A stretch of 64,000 bases of DNA from a virus. Of the stretch, positions 52,135-60,610 are shown piece after piece. The stretch is from the IMG/VR virus record IMGVR_UViG_3300036715_001290, positions 1 to 64,000 of that record. One strand, written 5' to 3'. The position numbers and the translations under genes are program-made. The stretch's first letter is position 1. Every line of letters starts with the position of its first letter. Under the pieces are notes generated by a model that was given only the letters and a program-made list of their open reading frames with translations, was not told the origin of the DNA and made no database searches.

Positions 52135-52449
52135 ATGATTCTTACTAAAGCTATAGAATTTAATAATTCAAATGTTATATTAAATGTACATAATATTCAG
52201 AACATAAACATATCTGAAGATGGTGATGCTAGATTTTTTGTTATGGGATATGTTGATGAAACATCATTTAATAATAAAAAGGATGCATTTTTTGAAGATG
52301 TATTAAGTTGTAAAATAAATATAGAAAACCCAATAATGCAACAACTATATGATTTTTTACAAACAAATGATAAATATAAATTGGTTATAGAAACACCTGA
52401 AGTTCCTGTTGATGTTATAACACCTACAGATCCTCCAGTAAATAACTAA
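52135..52449 (+). CDS. Small fibre-associated/chaperone-like protein
   Basis: 104 aa after the fibre gene; GAGG RBS; ATATTTATT at 52111. Confidence 0.5.
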   Translation: MILTKAIEFNNSNVILNVHNIQNINISEDGDARFFVMGYVDETSFNNKKDAFFEDVLSCKINIENPIMQQLYDFLQTNDKYKLVIETPEVPVDVITPTDPPVNN

Positions 52450-52458
52450 GGATATATA

Positions 52459-52695
52459 ATGTTAAGTAAAGATACTATAATAAAAATTGCACATGAATGT
52501 GGAGTTGACCTTGATAAAGTTGGATATGACCAATTTGTTTTAGGATTAAAATCCGAAACTGAACATAAAAATATAGCTGATTTAATTACAAGTGATAAGT
52601 TAACACGATATGTAATTTATGGTATGATAGCGGCTGCACATTTTAAAGAAGATCCTAATTATTATCATAAATTATTAGCCGCAGGTTTATCATGA
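52459..52695 (+). CDS. DUF5661-like protein
   Basis: GLKSETEH...IAAAHFKEDPNYYHKL. Confidence 0.7.
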   Translation: MLSKDTIIKIAHECGVDLDKVGYDQFVLGLKSETEHKNIADLITSDKLTRYVIYGMIAAAHFKEDPNYYHKLLAAGLS

Positions 52696-52960
52696 AAATG
52701 ATTGATTTATTAAATGAAATGCCTCATTTTATTTCACAAGGTAAAGGTATTGATTTAAGAATTGAAAAATATGATATATCGGATGAAGAAAAACGTAAGA
52801 TATTAATTGCATTTCAAAAAAATAATTTATATGGTTTTTCTGAAAAAACAATGTTTGGTATATTGTTAAACCTTTAGGTATGTTTAGAATTAATTCATCA
52901 AGAATACCACGTGGTGGTGTACAACTTCCTGATTATTGGGAAGCTTGGGTTCGTGTTTAA
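52692..52960 (+). pseudogene. Frameshifted ~89-aa putative internal protein
   Basis: MKMIDLLNEM start; adding one A at A6 (52843-52848) reads on as NNVWYIVKPLGMFRINSSRIPRGGVQLPDYWEAWVRV to TAA 52960 and fills the gap to the next gene. Confidence 0.6.
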
Positions 52961-52984
52961 TAAAAAATTAAAAGAAAATAAATA

Positions 52985-54139
52985 ATGTCAACAATATGGA
53001 CTGATACTTTAATTGATGTACCAAATAATACATCATTTGGATTTTATGATAATGATTCTGCTTTTGTTAATGATGCAAAAGCTAGCTCTAAATGGGTTGC
53101 AAGAAGATTAGGATATCCTATTTTGGATGTTGAATTAGACTGTACTATTTTATATTCTATATTTGAGGAATCTGTTAGTGAATATGGTAGATTAGTTAAT
53201 TCATATAACATTAGAGATAATATGTTAAGTGCATATGGGTCTCAAATAACAACAAGCAGTTTACAAGGTAAGAGAATAAAAAATCCACAAGGCCGATTAA
53301 TAACACTTTCAAATGAATATGGAAGTATGGTTGGTGTTGGTGGTGATGTAACATATTATTCCGGTTCATTAATTGCAAAAACAGGTCAACAAACATATGA
53401 TCTAAATCAATGGGCAACTGATAATGATATTAATTCAAATATTATAATAAAACAAATATTTAATAATCCTAAACCTGCATCAACACAATATTATGATCCT
53501 GAAAGTACATTATCTTCAGATTCAACAGGTATTGCGACATTTGGTGCATCTTATGGATATAACACCGCTTTAGGTGCAGGTACAATGTTTATGTTAAGAC
53601 CTGTTTTTGAAGATTTGTTAAGAATGCAAATGATTGAAATTGCTAATGATGTTCGTAAAAGTGGATATGGATTTACTTTAATAAACAATCAATTATCAAT
53701 ATTCCCAGTACCTTTGTATGATTTTAGACTTTGGTTTAGATATGTAAAAGCAAATGATGCTGAATCATTAGTTGATGAGTCGGTTGATAATCCAATTACG
53801 GATGCTTCAAATATTCCATTTAATAATTTAGTTTATTCATCAATAAATGATGGTGGTAAACAATGGATAAGAAATTACTTTTTAGCATTATCTAAAATAA
53901 CATTAGGTGGTTCAATTCGTGGTAAATATGCAAATATTCCAATATCAAATGAAAAAGAAATTCAATTTGGTAATACTTTACTTGAAGAAGGTAAAGATGA
54001 AAAGAAAACTCTTATTGATGAATTACGTGAAATGTTAGAAAAAAATACTAAACCTGAATTATTAAAAGCTAAAGTTGAAGAAGAGGAAGCATTAAATAAA
54101 ATATTAAAAGGATACCCAATGGGTATTTATATAGGTTAA
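52985..54139 (+). CDS. Neck protein (gp13-like)
   Basis: RRLGYPILDVEL; WIRNYFLALSKITLG..RGKY; PMGIYIG C-terminus. Confidence 0.9.
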   Translation: MSTIWTDTLIDVPNNTSFGFYDNDSAFVNDAKASSKWVARRLGYPILDVELDCTILYSIFEESVSEYGRLVNSYNIRDNMLSAYGSQITTSSLQGKRIKNPQGRLITLSNEYGSMVGVGGDVTYYSGSLIAKTGQQTYDLNQWATDNDINSNIIIKQIFNNPKPASTQYYDPESTLSSDSTGIATFGASYGYNTALGAGTMFMLRPVFEDLLRMQMIEIANDVRKSGYGFTLINNQLSIFPVPLYDFRLWFRYVKANDAESLVDESVDNPITDASNIPFNNLVYSSINDGGKQWIRNYFLALSKITLGGSIRGKYANIPISNEKEIQFGNTLLEEGKDEKKTLIDELREMLEKNTKPELLKAKVEEEEALNKILKGYPMGIYIG

Positions 54140-54141
54140 TA

Positions 54142-54594
54142 ATGTCACTATTCATACCACCAAGAGATTTTGAATTTTTCAAAGGTATTAATAAAGAATT
54201 GATAGGTAAAATAATTGATACTTATTTTACACTATATCAAGTAAATGTTGCTGTATCTGAAAATAATTTATATGGTGAAGATAAAAATAAAACATATTTC
54301 CCAGGTATAAAAATAAATGGTTTTATTAATAAACATGGTACTGATGCTGAAGAAACTGAATTGGGTACAAATGTAAAACAATTATTAGATTTAGGTGTAG
54401 CAATTGCTGATTTATTAGAACTTAAAGTATTACCTGAAGTTGGTGATATTGTAGAATGGAATAATAACTATTATGAAATTCATAATACAAATGAAAATCA
54501 CTTTATTGCAAATAGACCTGAATATAGTTACACTATGATGTTAAATTGTCACGTAACTAATGTTGGTTTTATCAATATAGGAACTCGTGAATAA
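54142..54594 (+). CDS. Neck/head-completion protein (gp14-like)
   Basis: NLYGED, PEVGDIV...YYEI; synteny. Confidence 0.8.
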   Translation: MSLFIPPRDFEFFKGINKELIGKIIDTYFTLYQVNVAVSENNLYGEDKNKTYFPGIKINGFINKHGTDAEETELGTNVKQLLDLGVAIADLLELKVLPEVGDIVEWNNNYYEIHNTNENHFIANRPEYSYTMMLNCHVTNVGFINIGTRE

Positions 54595-54602
54595 TTATAT
54601 AC

Positions 54603-54914
54603 ATGAAAACAACATTACGTGGTTGGATAACACCAACTGGACAATATTTAGAAGTTTTAAAGAATCATATAGATGATCTTAAAATTAAATTCCCAAAATT
54701 GGATGCTGAAAATGCAGTTGATTTTGGGTATGTACATATTGGTGTTGATGATCATGAATTATATTTAGAATTAATACCAGATATGCATAATAAGGTTATT
54801 AAGTTTTTCAAAAAAAATAATACAATGTTAAAGAATATAAAGTTTATAAACTTCCAATATTTTTCAAATATGAAGTATATTAAAACTAAAAGTATGAGTA
54901 TAGATGAATTATGA
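54603..54914 (+). CDS. Hypothetical protein
   Basis: 103 aa; GWITPTG motif. Confidence 0.55.
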   Translation: MKTTLRGWITPTGQYLEVLKNHIDDLKIKFPKLDAENAVDFGYVHIGVDDHELYLELIPDMHNKVIKFFKKNNTMLKNIKFINFQYFSNMKYIKTKSMSIDEL

Positions 54915-55624
54915 GTAATAGAATAGACCAAAAATTAACAGAAAAAGTACCTAATTACTCAATAACATTAGAAGATATTGATACTACTATTATAGAGTTT
55001 TTACAAAAAGTAATCAGACCTACATTTGAAGAAAACAATACTATAAACAATGTTCCTATTTTTATGGCATCACCTGAAAGATGGAAATCAATCCAACAAG
55101 ATGGTTTTATGCGAGATAAAAAAAATGGTAATATAATTTTACCTGCTATTGTAGTAAAACAAACATCAATATCTAAAAATCCAGATATCCAAGTTGATAG
55201 TATGGGTGGTTTATTACAAAAGATACGATTTTCAGTTATTAAAAAAACAAATAAATTTACACCTATATCAAAAAATGATAAAAGATTTGATAAAAAATAC
55301 GTGTATATTTATTTACCTGATTATGTTGATATTAATTATGAATTTATAATATGGACTGCTAAAGTTACTCATATGAATGCAATTTTAGAGAAATTTATAT
55401 TTTATGAGAAACGCTATTGGGGTGATGATAAAAATAAATTCTTAATGTCATATGATACTATGACAAATAATATAGAAATTAATAATGGTGATAACAGAAT
55501 CGTTAAAAATACATTTACAGGAACTGTAAAAGGTTACTTAATACCTAAAGAAATAAATAATCAATTAGCTATGAGTTTAGTCTCTAACGCTAAAGTTGTT
55601 ATAACCGCCGAAACCGAATTATGA
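54911..55624 (+). CDS. Tail terminator/sheath stabiliser (gp15-like)
   Basis: VPIFMASPERW, LPAI, PDYVDINYEFIIW, KGYL. Confidence 0.8.
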   Translation: MSNRIDQKLTEKVPNYSITLEDIDTTIIEFLQKVIRPTFEENNTINNVPIFMASPERWKSIQQDGFMRDKKNGNIILPAIVVKQTSISKNPDIQVDSMGGLLQKIRFSVIKKTNKFTPISKNDKRFDKKYVYIYLPDYVDINYEFIIWTAKVTHMNAILEKFIFYEKRYWGDDKNKFLMSYDTMTNNIEINNGDNRIVKNTFTGTVKGYLIPKEINNQLAMSLVSNAKVVITAETEL

Positions 55625-55759
55625 AATAAGAGGTTATAACCTTAATAATACAACGGCCGTATATTTCATCGGTCGACCAATACAATGCCTTTAGACATCA
55701 TCCAAAGGACGGTTTACGGCATTATAATGTCATATTTTCAATATCAAGGAGTCAAAATA

Positions 55760-56062
55760 ATGAGCCTAATTAATAATAGCACAAAAAACACAGAAAACAC
55801 AGAATTAAAAGAAAATGAAGTTAAAGTTGCAACCGAAATGGTTGATGACATCAAATTCTTAATTAATTCTGGTTTACAATTAGAAACTGAGTGGAAAGAT
55901 GCAAAATTAAAAGAATACCATATTTCATTAGACATATCAAACATAGAAGAAAAGTTACTGGCATCATATAAACGTCGTGATTTACTAGCAGAACAATTAT
56001 CTAAACAATTTGGTAATGGTAACTTAAACTTAGAAACTGGAATTTATACAAAATCTATATAA
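55760..56062 (+). CDS. Small coiled-coil protein
   Basis: AAGGAG RBS before ATG 55760 (track start 55685); FGNGNLNLETG C-terminus. Confidence 0.6.
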   Translation: MSLINNSTKNTENTELKENEVKVATEMVDDIKFLINSGLQLETEWKDAKLKEYHISLDISNIEEKLLASYKRRDLLAEQLSKQFGNGNLNLETGIYTKSI

Positions 56063-56090
56063 TCTTTATTTTACTAAAAATACATTTTTT

Positions 56091-56250
56091 TATCTGGGAT
56101 TCTATTACAACCTAAATGTAACAAATAATTAAATTTGTAACAATTTTTACGGAGTCAACTCTGAGAAGTATAAAAGTCCAAAAATGTCCTTTTATACTAG
56201 AATAGAATTGTGGTTGCGATTCGCAACCGAGTCCTCCGGACTCCCTGATA
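56091..56250. ncRNA. Candidate structured intergenic element
   Basis: Several inverted repeats, e.g. AGTATAAAAG/CTTTTATACT, GGTTGCGA/TCGCAACC, GAGTCC/GGACTC. Confidence 0.4.
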
Positions 56251-56332
56251 GAATATATATTTTTTTATATATAGCTTAATAATAAAGTGTAAATATATTT
56301 ACAGTATAATGATAATATCATACTATTAGATT

Positions 56333-56341
56333 ATATTTATA
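56333..56341 (+). promoter_or_regulatory. Putative late promoter ATATTTATA (sheath)
   Basis: 31 nt before ATG 56373; AGGAGG RBS follows. Confidence 0.6.
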
Positions 56342-56372
56342 ATAAAATTATTTAATTAAAGGAGGACTATAA

Positions 56373-58676
56373 ATGTCTGATAAACTAATGTCACCTGCTG
56401 TATTTACATCAGAGAATGATAAAACTTACTTACCTCAAGGTGTAGTTGATATTTCAACAGCATTTATAGGTACTACAAAATATGGTAAAGCATTTGTGCC
56501 AACCCAAGTTAAATCACCTCAAGAATTTGATAAATTATTCGCAGATGATAATATTTCATATACTGGTTATGCAGTAAAATCATATCTTAAAAATGCAGCT
56601 TCAGCCCTTGTTGTTAAAGTACTTGGTAATGAAACATCTTCATTAGCATGTTATACATTTGGTGGTGCCGCAAGTGCATCATTTGCTGCTACAAATCCTC
56701 AAGTTGTATTATTACCAACATATAATAGTTCAGCATCAGTAATGACAGGTTTATGTACTACATCATCAAATCAAACATGGGTTCTTACTTCAAGTGCAGG
56801 TAATGTAACCGTATCATTAGCAGATCCTACTTCACCAAATTACATTACAAAAGTATTTGGCCAATCACCTAATTCAAATTTTAACACACCACAAACAATA
56901 ACAGACCAATGGTATGTATATCAATTATACAATGTCGGTACTATAACAACAACTGGTAGTTTTAATTCAGGTACTTTAGGTATTAGTGCAGGATATACAA
57001 ATGCAACTACACCTTATATTACATCACAATTAAATAACGGTAATTCTATTCCATTATTTAAGTTCGGAACTATATTTGATGGTGATTCATCAAATACTTT
57101 AGTTAAAGTATCAATTTGTGATATTAAAAAACCAGCAAGTTCAACTGAATATGGTACATTTACTGTATTAGTACGTGATTTTACAGATACCGATCTTAAT
57201 CCAAATGTATTAGAATCCTTTACAGGTTGTACATTAGATCCTGAATCTATAAATTATGTTTGTGCTCGTATAGGTACACAAACTGAAACTATTAATAATG
57301 CAGGTAAAGTATTAATTGGCGGTGATTGGGAAAATAAATCTTCATATATTTATGTTATTCCTTCTCCACAATTAAAAGATGTACAAAATACAATTGTACC
57401 TTTTGGTCATTCTGCATATACATGGACTTTTATAAGTGGAAGTAACATGTCAAATGTACTTACATCAACATCTTCATTGTATACACAAATTCAAGGTACA
57501 TCTGATACATGGAATCCTCGTGTATATTTTGGTTTGAATTATAGTAATCCAGATGTTAACAATTTATCAGCTGCATTATTAACTAGTTCATTAGGTTCAA
57601 CCGTATATAATTTTAACTTAGATAACTATTCAGTTCATCCTAGTTCAAGTTATGCAACAGGTTCATTGTCAGGAAGTGGTGTTAATTCAGCATTCTTACA
57701 ATTTACAGTTGCATTCCAAGGTGGTTATGACGGTATGCCTTTTAATAGAGTTAGAAACACTGATGAAAATATTACTAGTGCAAATGCATTTGGTTATAAC
57801 TTAACTAATATGTCAAGCCCAGGTAGTACTCAATTCAAATTAGCATTGAATACTCTTCAAAATGCTGATGATTATGATATTAAAGAATATGTTCTCCCAG
57901 GTATTAATGACACAGATCATTTTGCTTTAACAACATATGCAAGAACAATATCATATTTAAGAGGTGGAGATTGTTTTGCTATAATTGACCCTTCAGGTTT
58001 ATCAGCATCTATAGATACTGCAATTGCAGCTACAACTTCAATTGATACAAACTATTCAGCAGGATATTATCCTTGGGTTAAAGTTATAGACCCATCAACA
58101 AGAAAACAACGTTGGTTACCAACCGCAGCTATTCTCCCAGGTGTGCTTGCATACAATGATAGAGTAGGTGGTGAATGGTGGGCACCAGCAGGTTATAATC
58201 GTGCAGGTATTGATAATGCTAAAGGTGTTAAAGATAGATTAACAAAAACAGACCGTGACGTATTATATAATAATAGATTAAATCCTATTATATATTCTAA
58301 AGGTAAGGTTGTTGTTTTTGGTCAAAAAACACAACAAAAGAAAGCATCACAATTAGATAGAATTAACATTAGACGTTTGCTTATAAAATTGAAAAAATTT
58401 GCAGCATCAACAAGTGTTTATTTAATGTTTGATCCTAACACAAAGGCTACGAGAGATTCATTCTTATCTATGGTTAATCCATTCTTAAGATCACTTGTTG
58501 AAAAACAAGGTTTATTTTCTTTCCAAGTTGTAATGGATGAAACAAACAATACACCTGATGTTATAGATAGAAATACTATCAAAGGTGCATTCTATATTAA
58601 ACCAACACCAGATTCTGAATATTTTGAGCTTGAGTTCAATATATTAGCAAATGGTGCTACATTTCCTAATCAATAA
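56373..58676 (+). CDS. Tail sheath protein (gp18-like)
   Basis: SPAVFTSEND, YYPWV, WWAPAGYNR, FGQKT, DRINIRRL, VVMDETNNTP. Confidence 0.97.
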   Translation: MSDKLMSPAVFTSENDKTYLPQGVVDISTAFIGTTKYGKAFVPTQVKSPQEFDKLFADDNISYTGYAVKSYLKNAASALVVKVLGNETSSLACYTFGGAASASFAATNPQVVLLPTYNSSASVMTGLCTTSSNQTWVLTSSAGNVTVSLADPTSPNYITKVFGQSPNSNFNTPQTITDQWYVYQLYNVGTITTTGSFNSGTLGISAGYTNATTPYITSQLNNGNSIPLFKFGTIFDGDSSNTLVKVSICDIKKPASSTEYGTFTVLVRDFTDTDLNPNVLESFTGCTLDPESINYVCARIGTQTETINNAGKVLIGGDWENKSSYIYVIPSPQLKDVQNTIVPFGHSAYTWTFISGSNMSNVLTSTSSLYTQIQGTSDTWNPRVYFGLNYSNPDVNNLSAALLTSSLGSTVYNFNLDNYSVHPSSSYATGSLSGSGVNSAFLQFTVAFQGGYDGMPFNRVRNTDENITSANAFGYNLTNMSSPGSTQFKLALNTLQNADDYDIKEYVLPGINDTDHFALTTYARTISYLRGGDCFAIIDPSGLSASIDTAIAATTSIDTNYSAGYYPWVKVIDPSTRKQRWLPTAAILPGVLAYNDRVGGEWWAPAGYNRAGIDNAKGVKDRLTKTDRDVLYNNRLNPIIYSKGKVVVFGQKTQQKKASQLDRINIRRLLIKLKKFAASTSVYLMFDPNTKATRDSFLSMVNPFLRSLVEKQGLFSFQVVMDETNNTPDVIDRNTIKGAFYIKPTPDSEYFELEFNILANGATFPNQ

Positions 58677-58699
58677 TTGAAAAAGATAAAATAAAAATG

Positions 58700-58742
58700 A
58701 TAAAATATGCTATAGTAAAAATATTATAGCATATTTTATTTA
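58700..58742. terminator. AT-rich 15-bp stem hairpin, probable bidirectional terminator
   Basis: ATAAAATATGCTATA / TATAGCATATTTTAT. Confidence 0.65.
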
Positions 58743-58758
58743 CTTTTTGTAATATCTT

Positions 58759-58767
58759 ATATTTATA
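58759..58767 (+). promoter_or_regulatory. Putative late promoter ATATTTATA (tube)
   Basis: 27 nt before ATG 58795. Confidence 0.6.
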
Positions 58768-58794
58768 ATAAAAAGAATATTAGGAGATAAATAA

Positions 58795-59286
58795 ATGGCA
58801 TTAGGAGTATCAATAGGCCAAGTAAATTTTCAAAATTACGAACCAAAAACTAAATTTCGTTTCATATTTTCGTTTGCTAATACTGGCATCCCTGAGTATA
58901 CTGTTAAAACAGGTGGTAGACCTAAGCTTAGTATGAGTGAGTATAAAGTAGACTATATTAATACTTATCGTTATTATGCAACAAAAGGAGAATGGGAACC
59001 TTTAGAAATAGTATTAATGGACCCTATTACACCAAGCGCAACCAGTGCGGTTATGGATTGGGTACGTTTATGTCAAGATTTTGAAGCTAAGATTGGTGGA
59101 TATAGTGATATTTATAAAAGAGATATTACATTATCAATGTTATCACCTGCTAATGAAGTAGTTGAAATTTGGACATTAACCGGTTGCTGGCCTAAAGCAA
59201 TGGACGGTGGTTCACTTGGATATGCAGATTTAGAAGGCGCTACAGTAGGTATTACATTACGTTTTGATAACGCAAAAACAGAATAA
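58795..59286 (+). CDS. Tail tube protein (gp19-like)
   Basis: EPKTKFRF, WEPL, VMDW, YKRDI, WTLTGCWP, TLRFD; follows sheath. Confidence 0.93.
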   Translation: MALGVSIGQVNFQNYEPKTKFRFIFSFANTGIPEYTVKTGGRPKLSMSEYKVDYINTYRYYATKGEWEPLEIVLMDPITPSATSAVMDWVRLCQDFEAKIGGYSDIYKRDITLSMLSPANEVVEIWTLTGCWPKAMDGGSLGYADLEGATVGITLRFDNAKTE

Positions 59287-59290
59287 AAAT

Positions 59291-59496
59291 AAGATGCCTG
59301 CAAGTTTAAGCCCTTCGGGGGTCGCTTGTAGGCGTTCTTTTAATAAAATGGGTTCATGTTTAAGCTCTTAGGAGTTACATGTTCCCGATATTTAAGAAAC
59401 AGGCTGGATAAAACCATTCGGGGATCCCCGCCTTATAGAGTTTATGACTCTATGACATTGTCGAGGAACCAATAGTACTTAGGTGCTGGAGGTTCC
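59291..59496 (+). ncRNA. Candidate ncRNA: array of bulged UU(C/A)G hairpins
   Basis: Five stem-loops, four with the same architecture; locally GC-rich; G-U pairs consistent with + strand. Confidence 0.55.
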
Positions 59497-59547
59497 CTAA
59501 CATGTTTAATTAGTTATTAATATACAAAAAATACAAAAGGAGTTATA

Positions 59548-60360
59548 ATGGCAGACACAATATTGCCTAATCCAACAAACACAGAGCAATCGGCATTTGA
59601 ATTAATAGATTTACCTTCAGGTGGATATTTTTATAAACCAGAATCACCTTTAGCTAGTGGTAAAATAAAATTAAGATACCCAACAACAAAACAAGAAGAT
59701 ATCTTATTATCTCAAAATTTATTACAACAAGGTATAGCTGTTGATGAATTTATTAAATCATTAATAATAGAATTGATTGATTATAATGAAATTTTATTAG
59801 CCGATGTACGCGGTTTAATGTATGCATCAAGAATTTTACTTTATGGTCCAAATTTTGATACTGAAATACAATGTCCATCATGTAAAAGAAAAACACCAAA
59901 ATCATTTGATTTATCATTAGTTGATTTCGTTGAAAAAGATTATGAAGGATTAGGTTTTCAACGTGGTGAGAATTTATTTTCATTTACAACATCAAATGGT
60001 ATTTCTATAAAATTTTCATTACCAACAAATGGTGATGAATTAAGAATTAAAGGATATGTAAATGCTATTGGTGGAGGTAGAAATAAAACAACTAATGAAT
60101 TATCACCATCCGTTAGATTATCATTTGCTATTAAAGAAATAATTGAACCTAATAGTAATGTTGTTATTAAAGGTCAACCTCAAATATATAAGTACTTAAC
60201 AAATACTTTTAGATCACAACAATCAAAAGAACTTCGTGATTATATTGAAAAAATATCACCTAACGTAAATATTAAAAGTACATTTGAATGTGATCATTGT
60301 ACGTATAGTGATGATAGGTTCTCAATACCTATAGACAAAAACTTTTTTTGGCCACAGTGA
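59548..60360 (+). CDS. Baseplate hub / tail assembly chaperone (gp26-like)
   Basis: IDLPSGG, EDILLS, SRILLYG, CPSC, CDHC, FFWP C-terminus. Confidence 0.85.
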   Translation: MADTILPNPTNTEQSAFELIDLPSGGYFYKPESPLASGKIKLRYPTTKQEDILLSQNLLQQGIAVDEFIKSLIIELIDYNEILLADVRGLMYASRILLYGPNFDTEIQCPSCKRKTPKSFDLSLVDFVEKDYEGLGFQRGENLFSFTTSNGISIKFSLPTNGDELRIKGYVNAIGGGRNKTTNELSPSVRLSFAIKEIIEPNSNVVIKGQPQIYKYLTNTFRSQQSKELRDYIEKISPNVNIKSTFECDHCTYSDDRFSIPIDKNFFWPQ

Positions 60361-60379
60361 GGGATATAAAGCCTCACTG
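60343..60379 (+). other. Putative programmed ribosomal frameshift signal (T7 run plus 8-bp hairpin)
   Basis: TTT TTT TGG, then CAGTGAGG/CCTCACTG stem 5 nt downstream. Confidence 0.65.
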
Positions 60380-60544
60380 ATGGACTTGATATTTACTCTT
60401 ATATATAATTCTAATGGTGGATTTACATTTAATGATGTATATAATATGCCAGTTTATATGAGAGATAATTTCCTTAGCCTTTTGAATAAACAAAAGGAAA
60501 AAGAAGAGGCAGCCATCGCCGCAGCTAAGGGAAAACAAAAATAA
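60350..60544 (+). CDS. gp51-like chaperone extension in the +1 frame (not in ORF track)
   Basis: GHSEGYKASLMDLIFTLIYNSNGGFTFNDVYNMPVYMRDNFL...; open from the T run to TAA 60544. Confidence 0.75.
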   Translation, partial: GHSEGYKASLMDLIFTLIYNSNGGFTFNDVYNMPVYMRDNFLSLLNKQKEKEEAAIAAAKGKQK

Positions 60545-60552
60545 TACTTAAT

Positions 60553-60586
60553 TAAAAGGCCACTCAGAAATGTTGTGGCCTTTAAT
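60553..60586 (+). terminator. Hairpin terminator
   Basis: AAAGGCCAC/GTGGCCTTT stem. Confidence 0.7.
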
Positions 60587-60610
60587 GTTTAAGACAATTG
60601 TCAATTCATA

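Noticed and set aside
52816-52823. A-AAA-AAT slippery heptamer as the frameshift site of gene 52692
   Set aside because: A -1 shift here hits TAA immediately
59291-59496. tRNA or CRISPR interpretation of the hairpin array
   Set aside because: No cloverleaf, T-loop or CCA; no identical direct repeats with unique spacers
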